From positions 1,356,461 through 1,420,460 of the forward strand of contig NW_003314297.1 of assembly GCF_000143415.4 (NCBI RefSeq): a stretch of 64,000 nucleotides of DNA. The letters are read 5' to 3'. The stretch is from Selaginella moellendorffii (Eukaryota > Plantae > Lycopodiophyta). The position numbers and the translations under genes were made by a program. A model generated the notes under the pieces. The model worked only from the letters and a program-made list of their open reading frames with translations. It had not been told where the DNA came from and made no database searches. Positions within the stretch are counted from its first letter, which is position 1; each line of letters opens with the position of its first letter. This document shows, piece by piece, positions 1 to 13,032 of the stretch.

Positions 1-364
1 CGCCCAGCGCTAGGGTTCCCGCGGCCGCCACGGCGCCCAGGACGGTGACGAGCAGTACGGCGTCGGGGCGCGATCCCCCGTCGAGCGCCATGGCCCGAAA
101 GAGGAGGATCGCGTCGCCGCTGGATCCACAGTCGTGATACGCCGCGATCATCAGCGTCCAGGAGAAGAGATTCTTCCGCGCCAGGCGATCAAAGACTGCG
201 CGCGCCTCGCCGACGCTGCCGCAGCGCGCGTACATCTGGATGAGGAGATTCGCCAGGAAGGTGTCGCCGATGAAGCCACCGGCGAGGATCCGCGCGTGGA
301 TCGCCCTGCCCGCGATCGCGTCCCCGCATTGCCGCAGGGACGAGACGATGGAGTTCCGCGACAT
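1..364 (-). CDS. PLS-class pentatricopeptide repeat protein, 5' part (runs off window)
   Basis: Manual translation from ATG at 364: MSRNSIVSSLRQCGDAIAGRAIHARILAGGFIGDTFLANLLIQMYARCGSVGEARAVFDRLARKNLFSWTLMIAAY, which carries typical PLS PPR motifs. Confidence 0.9.
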   Translation of the reverse strand, partial: MSRNSIVSSLRQCGDAIAGRAIHARILAGGFIGDTFLANLLIQMYARCGSVGEARAVFDRLARKNLFSWTLMIAAYHDCGSSGDAILLFRAMALDGGSRPDAVLLVTVLGAVAAAGTLALG

Positions 365-443
365 TAGCAAGCATATCCTTATTTGAAATAAAACTTAGGG
401 TTTTAGGAGAGCATATTCTTATTTGAATTTAAATTTTTAAAAA

Positions 444-3400
444 TTAGGGCTTGAGGGGTGCCTTTATGTCGTCCCACTGTTTGAGTACCTCTAGCAAAAC
501 CAAGGCCGCCGAGTCCTTTGCTTTCTTCATGCTGGGCATCGCCTGGCCTTCGCATTCGTCAGTCCATCCGCGCTCCCTCGTATTTACACGCACTGTGTAA
601 GTAAATCTCTTGGCATGCGCCGGTCCACTCTCGCTCAGCAGCCTGTCAAAGCACGAACCAAAGTTCCAAAATCTCGTCAGAGAAATCGATCTAATCCAAA
701 GAGGAAGGAAATCGATAAGGAGGGAAGAGTGAAGAGCTTCACAGTACCTGTACTGCGGCATTGGCCACTGCCGCTGTAAGCAAATGTCGTTGAGCGTCTG
801 CCTTGTGAAAGCGTTGGCCTTGTCGTTCTCCATCTTGGTCACCTTGTTGCTCTCTTCCTCAAGCGAGTCCCTCTCCTTGAGCGCCGCCAACGCGTTCCTT
901 GCAGCCAGCTTTTGCGCCATCTTCTTCTGTGTGTTCTGTGCGCAGCCAATCTGGACGCCATCCACGAACACCTCCACTGTCGCAATGCTTCCTTCTCTCG
1001 AGGCCCGGTATTCCAGTCCCTCGGCTTGCTGCTGGCATCTCTCTTGGAGTTCTCTCACGGGATGAACCGGCAAGGTGTCTGGAGTTACCATTGGCTCGAG
1101 CAAGCGCTCGAAGACCTGGAAGACAATGCTAGTTTTCAAGCGAGCACCAGAGAATTGTAAACGAGCTTACCTTCCAGACTTCATCAGCGGCCAGACCAGT
1201 GTCGAGAAATATTGCACCGGCTATAGATTCTAGAATGTCCCCTAGGACTTTCGGAGCTTTGAAATCACCAATCCCGAAAGAGTTGATGCCAGGCTTGTCG
1301 AGCTCGGACTGTATGTCTTTCACAAAATCTTTGATCTGCCAAAACAACAAAGAGCACATCGTCAACACTTAGTTTCCAAGCTTTTGTCAGCTCACCTGTG
1401 CCTCTAACGCTGACGATCCATGGCGCAAGTGGAGGTGAAAAGAGTGCTTCACGGATATCCTTGCGAAGTTTTCGTTGTTTACAGCTGCTGCGCGTAGATC
1501 AGTTAAACGTCCCGGTGGCAAATCCTGGTAGCGGAAGAAGAGATACCGAGTTATAAGATGATCTAGGACGGCGTCACCCACAAACTCCAGTCTCTGGTAG
1601 CACGGCACTCCAGCTGATGGCCGAGACGCGTGAGATATAGCTTCCACAAGTACGCTTTTCATCTGGAATTTGTATCCAATGGCAAGCTCCAATTTCTCGA
1701 AGTCGATGCTGTTCATCACCGAGTCGGGGACAGAGCAGCCAGCTCTTGCCGCATTAGCCTCAGCCTCGTCATAGTCGATTGGAATGTTGATCCAATTCAT
1801 AAAATGAGCTGCTGCCTTCGTACCACCTTCGACGTAATAAACACCTATCAAGGCTTCCACCACATCAGCCAACGTTTTGCTTGATAAAACCCTGTAGGAG
1901 CTTGAATCCCATTCAGCCTCGCCATCTTCCAAGCTCGTTGAATCATCTAAAACTTCTTCCTCTCCACTGCTTTTGGTAGACCTCTCTTCATGCTCGTTAG
2001 CTTTGGGAACCTCTGCTGCTTCATTGTCTAAGTTGGCGTCCTTGAGATCTTCATCAAAGACAGGGGGAACTCCCGGAGCAGCCCAACGAGAAGGAGCAAA
2101 TCTGTCCGACTGAATGTAGCTCTGCAAGCTCTTCGAAATAGCGAACTCGTAAAGTACCATGTTACTGACAGTTTGTTGTCGCATCCTTGTAAGTTGACCC
2201 TCGTGTTTTCTAGGATGCTTAATGAAGAGTCTCCTACTGACGACCCACTTCAAATATGCATCTCCAAGAAGCTCGGCTCGTTCGTAGGAGAATGTTTCTT
2301 GGCAAGATGCGGCCGTCAAAGCTTCCAAAACCTGAAAAACATTGTCAAGAATTGTCAAGTTTGAAACAAAAGTCGGTCACCTTCGCAGCTGGAATGGGAA
2401 AACCAATCTCGTGCTTCAGCTGCACTGCGAGTAAAATGCTCTCCACGCGTTTCATCACTGAAGGCAATCGCTGCGCTCCTCGAACCAGGCAACCTGGAAG
2501 AGGATGCACAAGGCAAATCTCAGGAGGTAACATGACGTAGTACGTTTTATCTGAGAGTTCCTCCGAGCCTACAGCAGACCAAGAGTCAGCTAAAAGCGAC
2601 ACTGTAAACGAAGAAAACGTACTCTCTAGTAGTTTAAACCGAGGCGAGAGAAGATTTTTGCAATGCGAAACCCCACGACAGCGAAGCATAGGCTGGTGTC
2701 GGCAATGTAGACGAACTCCATACCTGCACACGCAGTTAGTTTCTAAGCTTAGAACATTTCACTGCTTACTTCTGCTCGTAATAATCTGCATACGAGCTGT
2801 ACTCCACCGACCCCAGGTAGCCTTCTTTGCGTGGAAATGGAGACTCGGCAGTCATCTCCCTCATCACGGATTCTACGTAGAACCGTTTCCCGGAATGAGC
2901 CGCAGTGACAAGTTTACCGTCCATTTCGTCCATATTAGCATAGCCATCGGCCAACAGCAACTGTCTTCCTTCAGGCTCCAGTTTTTCCCGTAAAGGAGCT
3001 ATCCCAGAAGCCTTGATAACGTCAAACTCAGCCACAGCTCCCCGAATCCCATAAGTAGGATGCTTCTGAACCCCGTTGGATCGAAGTTTGCTGAAGCCGT
3101 ATTCTCTTCTATCGCCACCCAAGGCTCTCTCGTTGGTTCCCAGGAAAACATCCGGCCTTGCTCTCTGAAGTGGACTTGACCATGCATGGGAACCAAGAAC
3201 TTTGTTCATTAGAGCCCAATCGATCTGTTTTGTGCAGCTTGATGTTAATGGAACGAAGAGGTATGCTTTATTTGAATCCCAAGGTGTCGATGCAGGTTCC
3301 ACATCCACGTCCAGAACGATACTCATAAGTCGAACGTGAAATGCCTTCAACAATGTGAGCTGCATCGAAGGAAGAAAATTGATGAGACTGGGAAGAGCTT

Positions 3401-6400
3401 TTGGCTCGTTACCTCTGACGATGTGATATGGTGAACTCCAGAAAAGACTAACGATGCTTGTGTAGTTAGTGTTCGTGCTACGAAAAGATCTACCGATGCC
3501 GTCAAAACCTGTACAAACGAGTTTTATGAATAAAACGACTTAAAACGTTGTTTCGTCTTACTTCTGGATCCATTTCCCTGCCGAAGAGGACCGCAAAATC
3601 AGAAGTTTGTGTTACAAGAGGATCAGTTGAAAATCCAACGTTCGAATATTGAATGATGTACATATATAGCGACGTAGAAAGCAAATAATTTGTGTTTAGG
3701 ATCCAATCGCCCTGAAGTTACTAGCTAAAAACACAAAATATTTGAAAGCAAGAAAAGAACCTTCAAAAAATCTGCAATCCCCTCAGGAAAATACTCTCGA
3801 TATCGAGCTGTTCCTGGAATGGGATCTGTAGTTTCGTTATCTTCGCCTTTGTCGGACTTGTCTGGTGTACCCGTGTCTGGCAAAAGCATATCTGTAAACG
3901 CTGCCATCTCGTGTAGCTTTTTGCATGCCTCCAAGCACACAGCCTTAAACAGGAAAACCGTTCACGTCATTTTTACAGCCAGCAACTTTCAAACGGATGC
4001 TTACCTGTTGTGCTCCCTTCATAGTTGAGCATACGGGCCCATCGAAAGACTCCACGGGAGCATTAGAAGGAAGCCGAAGCTTACAAGAAAAGTAAACGAC
4101 ATCTCCTGTCGAATGCTTTGTCAGAACGAATTCCGGTTTTAAAATCGAGTATCTACAAAAGAACGACGTTTTAAAAACTTGAACAAGACGTGTTTTGGAA
4201 TACCTGTCACTTGGAAGCTGAGAGCAATAGAAGTGGATCAGTCCAACTGCTGAATTGAGTGTGACCATTGCCCCAGTTGAAGGAACTTGATACGTTTCTC
4301 CTTTCCCATCTTCTAGAGATGCGACTATTGCCGCTTCTGTCCAAGGATCGAGTTTCGTTCTTTCCGTGGCCTCCTTTCGTAATGTTTCCTCACTGTTCCG
4401 AGCATTACGAAGGAAACTTTGATGAACCTTATTTCCTCTGAAAGAAAAAAGAGAAGTAAGCAACAATGGAACAAACAAAAGTAACATACTTTTCAAGCAT
4501 CAAAATGTAGTCTGATCCGGGCTTTCGAGCACGGCCACGAGATTGTATATAAGCCAGCACCGTTTTGGCAAGATCAAATCGAACAACTACATTGCACTGG
4601 CGAATATCCAGTCCTTCTTCCGCAACGCTCGTGGCAACCAAGACGTTAAGCTGTAAGCGTACACTGTAAACAGAAAAAAAACTAAAGCGAAACTTACACT
4701 TCCGTCACGAAACTTAGACAAACTGTCATGCATATGTCTGGTGGACACATCTTGAGAATTATTATGACCGACCAGACTTCCACTGCGCACATACTTCAGT
4801 GATGGCAACTCCGACAAAACCTACACAAGGCATGGTTGATATTTCGAGGAAAACCAATATCGCGCTATAAAGTGAAAACTTACGCAAGGTAGCGTCAGAG
4901 CAGCAACCACTCGATCTACAAAGATTATAGCACGGAAGTCCTCGACATGTTCGTATTTTCGAAGTATCTGGATCAAACTTTGAACCTTAGGCGTTACCTT
5001 TTTATCTGCAACAGCGGCCCCGAGAACCTCGTCAAAATGTTCTCCGCCTGAAAGAGCTGAAAAGACGAGAAATAGAAGTCATCCTTAATTTCGATGTCCA
5101 GTAGCAAATCAACTCACAGTTCGTATCAATTACTTCCCCTTCCTCGACATCTCCATGAACCGCTTCAAGCTTGCTGCTGCTCGCGGCACCTTGTTGGAGA
5201 TCACATTTTAACATGTCTACAATTTTCGTCAAATACAACTCCTGGTACTTCACATCGGCCGTTCTTTCATCGTGTCGAAGATTCCCCAAGGACGAAGATG
5301 CAACCTGTAAGCAAGAGTCAGCTACCGTTACAGGACGAAAGACCATACCTTGTACGCGCACCATTGTCCAAGTTCATCCAAACAAAAAATGATAGATCTT
5401 AGTTTCTGCAGTAAGTTGGCAGCGCCGTCACTTTCCTTGCGCTCAGCGACCCCGTAAACAAAATGGAGCTCGTCGCTTGCTCCTGCGTCTCGGGCTCCCA
5501 TAAACTGCCATTTGGTACGTTTGGAGCTCGCACTGCAAGCTTCCTCCACCTGTTCCTTCATCTGCTTGATCTTCTCACGAAGCGACCACAACACCGCGGC
5601 TTTGTCATATTCTACAACGGTTTCGGATGGCATAGGAACGTGTTTTTCTAGTTCCTTCCGATCACGAATGGTGCAAACCACGGAGTCCAGTTTAGTCTCT
5701 AGATTCCTGATTTTAACTGCGCAGTCCTCTTGATTTGAAACCCCTGGGCAGTAGGATAAGGATAACTTACGACTCAAGATAGACAAAGAATTAAGCCTCA
5801 CCTTTCAAGTTCACTGGAGAGGCGGTCATGCCAAAGATTTTAGGCCTCTTCTCTTTTGGAGCCAGATGATAAAACTCCGACATAACGAGAGAGTACGGGT
5901 GTTTCTTAACAGCGTGATGGCACTCGTCCAGTATCAACAAATCTATATCCTCCATTCTCACAATGGAGTGCCTTAGTATGTTGAGCAAGATCTGGGCTGT
6001 CATTACGAGAACCTGTGGAAGGTCTTGAGCAGAAGCACGACAAAACAAGACACTATAAACCTCTTTGGACTGGAACTCTCGTTGCCATCTTTTAGAATCC
6101 CAGAAATCCTGAACCATTTCACCGCAATAGTGTCCCACATTGAAGTTTGTTCTCTCGCGAATAACTTCTGCTTGCTGGAGAAGCAAAAGAAAGCAAAGCA
6201 CTTAGAAGCATCCTCAGGTTCCACAGAAACTTACCTGATACACAAGAGGCACTTTTGGGACGAGAAACACTGTAAGTATCTTGCGCTGCAGCAGCTCGGC
6301 CTTTCTCTTCATCAGAAGCACAGCGATGAGCGTCTTCCCAGCACCAGTCTCAAGAAAAGCAATCGTGTTTCCCTCCTCGGCCTGACTTAGAACTTCCAGC

Positions 6401-6699
6401 TGATAAGCTCTAGCTTGTTCCACGCAAACTTTTTCCTTGCCAGCTTTCCCAGCAGATCCATTCTGCGTGGACGGCTCCGTGACAGGACCAGCACCTCCTC
6501 TAGCAGCCGGCACACGTATCCCAAACTTGAGAACGTTCCTTCCATCGGCGTCCTTCTCAAGGTAAGCTCGTTTTTCTCGCCCCCCTTCTTCCTCTGGATC
6601 TCGCTCTCGTTCACGCTTGCAGCCGCCATGCCTTCTCCGTGTTTTATTCTCGTAGCACACCCTCTTAGCCGGCTTCCTTCTACGATCGAGAGGCTCCAT
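444..6699 (-). CDS. DCL1: Dicer-like 1 endoribonuclease (multi-exon)
   Basis: Ordered exons: helicase ([28 protein letters not shown]), DUF283 ([12 protein letters not shown]), PAZ region, RNase IIIa ([12 protein letters not shown]), RNase IIIb ([12 protein letters not shown]), two dsRBDs ([12 protein letters not shown]; [10 protein letters not shown]...GPAHAKRF). The [11 protein letters not shown] and PPEIC motifs are DCL1-type. Confidence 0.95.
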
Positions 6700-6985
6700 G
6701 GTCCTGCAGTAGAACTAAGACAACTTTGGTGAAGATTTTAAGGGGAAAACTCACGAAATCTGTGAAGCAACGAGCCCTCCAGCTCCAGCTCGCCGATTTT
6801 TACATCAGAAGGAGCCGATCGCGTCCGGCCGCGACGCGATTGGCAGCTTCCGAGGTAAGAATCGGCACGATACCGGGCGGATCAAGAAACTCACCTACAT
6901 TCGTCGCCGGCGCCCGAGCTCCCGGATCCACAGCCCTAGCAAAGAAAGAGGAGAGGAGCGTTTCAAACAAGGAGGGCTTTATGAT

Positions 6986-6994
6986 AAACCCTAA
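6986..6994 (+). promoter_or_regulatory. Telo-box (AAACCCTAA) in the DCL1/ARMC7 divergent region
   Basis: Exact motif just upstream of the ARMC7 ATG. Confidence 0.55.
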
Positions 6995-6997
6995 ATT

Positions 6998-7881
6998 ATG
7001 TTTACCGATGCTCAACGGCAGAAGCAGCGCCAAGGAAGGTATGGCACTCCGCGGCGGCAGTACTTGCAGGTTAGAACATCGAGAATGTGGAGCGATTGGT
7101 TCTTGATCTCGTGTTTTCCAGGATCTTGTGACGCGATTCCAAGGAGGGAAGGGTAAGAGTCAGATTTGAGATAATGAGACTGTGGATATACATTGCGTGT
7201 CAGGCTCCAAGGAGCAAATCGTGGCTCACCTAGCGAATTTTGCGTATGATCCATTCAACTATGACTACTTTCGAGAGGTAAAGAGTGTGTTCTCTGGATC
7301 TCTCTTATTCTGTTTCTTGGACTTTGTTTGCAGCTCAATATTGTGGAGCTTTTCTTGGATTGCTTGACGGAACCGAACGAAAGATTGGTTGAGTTTGCGC
7401 TCGGTGGAATTTGCAACTGCTGCCCTGGTGAGCTGAGCTTCGTTTCTCTTTCTGCTTTGAAGGAAACCGAACAAGAAAGAGCGTGTTTGCGCAGACTCTC
7501 AAATCGCTTCGATGATCATTGCTTGCGAAGGCATTCCTTTGATCGTTGCATGCCTCTCAAGCCACGTAGAGAACACGGTGAAGTGACGAAACCGTTCTAT
7601 TTCTGCGTTTTTTAATCCAATCCAGAACCAAAACAGGTCTTGTCTGCGATCGTTTCTCTATACTACCTCTGCACGCCTTCGACAGAAAAAGGTGAGCCTC
7701 AAATCCGAAACTTCCATCGGCTTAACGCAAGCTTCTTTCGTTTCTACCAGAGATCTTAACTCCTCCAGTTATCGAGATCATGAAAGCTTACGCAGCGCTG
7801 GAATGTGTCAATGTACGTTTCCGAAACGCTGCACAGGCCTTTCTTGACAGACACATCCAAGGCAAATCTCCAGAGCAATAA
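6998..7881 (+). CDS. ARMC7: Armadillo repeat-containing protein 7 (minor-spliceosome factor homolog)
   Basis: Spliced reading [24 protein letters not shown]|DLVTRFQ...[23 protein letters not shown]|[30 protein letters not shown]...[20 protein letters not shown]; NFAYDPxN is the family signature. Confidence 0.88.
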
Positions 7882-8085
7882 CCTTCAACGATGCTAGTAA
7901 AAAAACGCTCAAGGTAAGCAAGCAAGTGACTCTTGGGTCTTGATACAAGCCCAGTTTTTGGCAGGTTTTTTATTTTCTTTGATGGAAGGTGTTGCGATCA
8001 CAGTCAGCGATCATGATCATGGATTCCAGTTTCCAGCTACCAATTAAGTGCAAAACTTTCTCCAAACAATGCTTTCGGATTGATA

Positions 8086-8430
8086 CTAGAGGTTGCAGTC
8101 GCTGAGAGACAATTGACAGAGATTTGGCAAGCTCAGCAGTAAGTCGGGGTTAAGCCAAGGAACTCTGGTGGTGAGGACAAGGCACAAGCAGTCAGGACTG
8201 AGGCTTGCCATGGATCGACAGCAGAAAGGCAAGGCTTCCCTGTAGTTGCTCGCGTTTGGAACCATCAGAGGCAAGCAAAACACAGCCACGGGAATAATCC
8301 TCTCGTTGGAACACGGTGCCCGATCGCTCACGGCCGCCACGGTGCGCTGTGAAGTTCCTTCCAAGCACGTAAACACGAGGATTAGAAACAGCGGCAGGAC
8401 GAAGATCCAACCCGAAGATCTGAGCTCCAT
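8086..8430 (-). CDS. Secreted 8-cysteine-motif protein (nsLTP/prolamin superfamily)
   Basis: Signal peptide from MELRSSGWIFVLPLFLILVF, followed by a C..C..CC..CLC..C..C pattern. Confidence 0.8.
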   Translation of the reverse strand: MELRSSGWIFVLPLFLILVFTCLEGTSQRTVAAVSDRAPCSNERIIPVAVFCLPLMVPNASNYREALPFCCRSMASLSPDCLCLVLTTRVPWLNPDLLLSLPNLCQLSLSDCNL

Positions 8431-8450
8431 CCCCGAAGAAGAACTAAAGT

Positions 8451-8503
8451 TCCATAAGTTTTCCCTGGAAGCTGGGATCCATAAGTTTCCCCTGGAAGCT
8501 GGG
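8451..8503 (+). repeat. Two-copy ~27 bp tandem repeat upstream of the LTP-like gene
   Basis: tccataagttttccctggaagctggga / tccataagtttcccctggaagctggga. Confidence 0.8.
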
Positions 8504-11500
8504 AAACTTTTAAAGGAATCAATCCCGTCGCAAGCAACGGACGCATTGGCACGCCATACTTTTGGCGCGCGCGCGTGTTTCATTGAAGCGAAAGAGGTGG
8601 AGCATGATTTTAGAGTGACCTTGCTTAATAAGCGAGAGATTCCAACAATTTTTATATTTTTTTATATTTTTTGTTTCTTGCATATTTTAAATGGCCTGTG
8701 CTGCGAGGCGGCACTTTTGCTCGTGTGTCCGATCGGGTTGCTGGCCGCTGACAAATGTAGAGATGAGGCGCGCTTTAAAAAGAATTTGGCTGAGCGTGGT
8801 ACCACTGACCAGGGCAGTGCAGGTGCCGCGGACAAAACAGCGTGGGGAAGATTTAGCGTTGTCACTAGATTTAGATGATCTATGTAGCACTGGCGGGTTA
8901 ACAAGCTCATGCACGAGTTTACCCCCAGGTTTTGACCTCTGCCATCGCCTCGTGCGCAAGAACTCAACTCACTGGTAAAACTGCGAGCTTTACCCCAGTG
9001 AAATTCCACCCAGGAGGTTGGGGGTTCGAGTGTCCACAAGGGAGAGCTTTCCTGGCGAATATAACAAGAGGGATGGCAAAGGCAAGTACTACCTAAATTG
9101 ATTCCAAATCATTAGCAAACTTGGTTCCTCCTTGGTACGCTCTCTTTGTCTTGCGTCATGTTGTTCGTCCGGATTCCTCGCGATTCCACGGGCATCTTCC
9201 ATCCATAAGGATTCTTCGATTCCCCAGCGTCGCTTTCTTTTGCAAGTGGCAAGCCAGAAAACAAATGCCCCCCCCCATGTGCAAACCCTAGATTTATATA
9301 TAAAAGGTTTGTAGCATATCTAATCGACTGTTCATCGCATGTTGCTCCAACAACATGGAGATTATTCGGATACGTATTACGGGCACATGTTTTATACGAT
9401 ATTTATTTGCGCCACAAAGATTTTAACGTTCCGCCACCCTAAAGACCCCTCACATGCGGACAAAGAGTACGAGTTAAACTTTTGCAGCCAGCAGCGTTGC
9501 ATTGCAATGTTTGCATTTACCCTATAAAAAACCGGATCCGTGGATCTCCTCCGCGACATCAACAACAGAATCAGCGAATTAATTGAATATCAATGGCCGG
9601 GATTACGATTCATGATTCATGAATGCCAGAGATCATTGCCTGAAAGTTCATACGAGGAATATTCTGGAGATTCCAAAAATGCCCCGGATTCTTTTTCTTC
9701 TAGCTACTCCCACTTTAAACTCTCACTTCAAACTCCAGTGGGCTTTTGCTGGTTGATGTCACTCACATGCACTAAGCAACGGTTCGATTCGAACGTTTGA
9801 ACGGTCAGATTTGCTTTTTGGTTGGGTGGCCAGCTATCCACCTTTAAAGTTGGTGGATGCCGGTGATAGCAGTTTGACCTAAAAAATCTGGCTAGCTAAC
9901 GTAGAATAACTCTTCAGTCGCGTACAATACAATACAAGTGGATTGTAAACGCAATCTTATAGCTAAGTATTGTGACAATAGGAACAGATCGAACTGCTTC
10001 TTGACAATCATAGGATACATTTAGATACTTATCCATATTTATTAGCTCCGTTATCAATTGGTATTGTAAATTATATGCAGGTGCACATGATTGACGGATG
10101 CATGGTGTTTGTATTCTTGTGATCAGATCGCTGTGACATGCCAGTGATGGAAAACTTTAAAAAACATCAGGGTGAAATTGAAATGCCCCCTCTTCCCAGG
10201 CGCAGGCGATCGCTTGTAAGAAACCACACGGAAATCGCCCTGTCCTCCACAAACAAATGGCAGCCTTTCCCTGTGGGGGTGGGTCCCCACGCAGTGGAAT
10301 ATTCACCGCCGTCGGCATGGTAGATTCCCCGCCACCGCTGGCAAACAAGGAGTGTAGTCGACGCCATACGCTAATATAGCGCTACAATCTCTTTGTTCAC
10401 ATGGTCCGGTCGCCATCCACGATGAAAGATATACTGACCGATAACACGTGGACGGCCGCTAAATTTATCCAGCAGTCAAAAAGAATGTCAATATAGCTTG
10501 AGAACGACCCGGGGGATTAAGCTAAGCAAAGAATGTCTACGTAGAAGTTACGCATTGGAACTCCCTCCGGTTTCTTCCATTCCTCCATTCGTGGAGATGG
10601 ACATCGGTTAGATCTCACGGGTGAAAGGTAAAACGGGGTGGATGGCATGCGGACCGTCCGATGCCCGCACTTTGCGGCAGTTTAATTCGAGCTTACGCAA
10701 AGCAGCTTTATTGTGTAGTGTTTCCGTTTTTGTCTTGGCTCTTTTTCGAATTAACGGAGTTCGTCCCTCCCGGCTATGGCGATAGCGATGGGGATCGCGG
10801 CAGTGGTGGCGTAGTCTCGCGGAGCTTCTTCGCGATTCTCGACGGTCCAGGCGTTCCAGATCTCTCGCGGCGCCGCCGAATTTCGATCGCGATCCGGGAT
10901 ATCGGGCGCTGTGGAAAACGGAGGGATTTCGCGACGGGGGAGCGCTTTCGTTCTTCCGTGGCTGTTACGGAAGATCAGCGAACGGCGTTGCGATCTCTCG
11001 GGGTGTGGTGTTTCCCGTAGGAAATCTTTGGCAGGTGGGGGCGCTAAATCACTCCAGGGTTTTGGATCGAGCTCGTTCTTGATCCAGGGAGGGAAAGGAG
11101 AATTTTTGGCGAGGTGGGGGTGTGGAATTCGAGGCGTGTCTCGTGAGTTTCTGGGGATCGGCTGAATTCTGCGAGGCGTGGGCAGGCAAATTTTGAGAAA
11201 CAGCCAAGGCGGCTTTGTCGCAGAGCCAAGAGTGAGGAGAATTGACGACGACGAGGGAGAGAGCAAAGCTGCCACGGCACGAAAAAATTTCTCGCTCGTC
11301 TCGACTCTCCTCGTTGCTCTGTTCGCTCGTTCGTGCTACTTTGATCTCACATTTCTCTCTTCCCAGGCGACAATTCGATCTTTTCCCAAGCTCTCCAAAT
11401 CCACCTTTTCTCACTGTTTCTTCCGCTAGCTGTGTAGGAGAAAAGGCTACGAACAGAGAAAAGCTCTCCTCGATTTCTTTCTTTTGCTCGGCGCCATAGT

Positions 11501-11585
11501 TTTCGAGCGTGCTCCAAAAGGTAGCCTTCTCGAAGACCACCAATTCCCTCAGCCTGGCTCTAGATCCGGCGAGTGGCGGTCGAGC

Positions 11586-12155
11586 ATGGGAAAATTCTTG
11601 CGCAAGAGGAGAAGGGCCGACGTTGCAGTGCTCGAGGGGTGCCTGGGAGTGAGAACTCGCGCTACGAAGAGTGCCGCTTGCAAATCCGTGAGCTCCATGA
11701 AGAAAGAGGACGAGTCCGGTGGCCAGGAGGCATGGAATCCACGGCCGGATCAAGAGAATTCGCAGAAAGAAGAACTCCACGATCCTTGCGAGGAGCCAAC
11801 GATGACGGTGGACAGCTCCTCTGTCCAGGAAAGTCGCAAAGCTATGGTGGTCGTCGAGGAAGAAGAAGAAGAAGAAGAAGAAGACGAAGAGCTTGGGCGG
11901 GCGAAGAGATCTAGCTCCAATTCCTCGCCACACTTGCGGGAGTCCCACAGCGATTCATGCCTGAGGAGCAGGATCGTTCCAATTGGCGTGGCTCATTCCC
12001 GGAGCAATTCGGCGTCTTTCTCGTACGACCAAGCAGCGACTTTGATGGATCATCCTCGAGTGGAAGAAGCGGCCGAGGCAATCGATCTTCGCAGCAGCTC
12101 GTTGGTGGACAACAGCACCCCGGAAGCGAGCACCACCATCACCACTAAAGAGGTG

Positions 12156-12192
<37 letters not shown>

Positions 12193-13032
12193 TTGGAGTT
12201 TTTGTTTCGTGGTTCCTCTTCTCCGGTGATTTGCTTTGCTTTGTTTGCGTTGCTTTCTTTTCCTTGCGTTGCTTTCTTTCCTTGGTTTTTTTGACAAGGC
12301 CGGGAGAAACGAGCCAATTGATGAGCGAAGGCTTGCCTGTCAATTCGATCGTTTGTTTTTTTTCTCTCCTGATCGAGGCTGTGTATGTGTGTCTCACGGG
12401 AGCTTTAATTTCGCAGGTAGAGCCCTCCAGTTGCTGCGGTGACAACACCATTGTCTTATTTGCGAGGTATGCCACCAGCTCGTAAGTTCTATGTTTTTTT
12501 TTCGCTCGTAAACTTTTACTCGCGCTTGGTTCTTTCGGTTCTCAAAGTTTTCGCGGTGTTTTCTCGTCTTTTCTCTGTAGCCAAACTTCGAGCGTCTCTT
12601 GCCAAGATGGCGCTTCGGTACCGGCCAGTGTCGTGGAATTAAAGCCGCAGCCTTGTTCGTCCGGTTCCAGGCTTACGGCGAGGAGGCCACGCTCGGGTGC
12701 TGATTGCGGCCCAGCATGGCGTCACCGTGTGGCAGCCAGCGCCCCGACCCGCGACGAGATCGAGGAGTTCTTTGCGGGAGTGGAGGAGAAGGATGACAGC
12801 AGCAAGCGTTTTGTAGACAAGTAAGCTCGCCCCTCCTTTTCTGTTGCCTGGCTGCCGCTCTTACTTGGTTTTTTTTCTCTGGTGCTTACTTCGTTCTTTT
12901 CTGTTTACGTGCTCGGTTGTGCTTGACGTGCGTGCTTGCTCTCCGCAACGCAGGTACAATTTTGATGTTTTCAACGACGTTCCCCTGTCTGGTCGTTTCG
13001 AATGGGTACAGTTCCACCCTCGTTGCTCCTAA
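11586..13032 (+). CDS. KRP: Cyclin-dependent kinase inhibitor (KRP/ICK)
   Basis: N-terminal MGKFLRK and GVRTRA motifs; C-terminal PTRDEIEEFFA...RFVDK|YNFDVFNDVPLSGRFEWV CDI domain; four exons. Confidence 0.92.
12157..12186 (+). repeat. (CT)n microsatellite in KRP intron 1; also (GAA)n at ~11858-11883 and (AG)n at ~13130-13149
   Basis: Seen directly. Confidence 0.9.

Noticed and set aside
8246-8878. 210 aa plus-strand ORF
   Set aside because: Non-ATG start, antisense to the LTP-like gene, no motifs
10751-11948. Minus-strand ORFs of 174 and 299 aa
   Set aside because: Low-complexity frames over the KRP promoter and first exon; no recognisable domain
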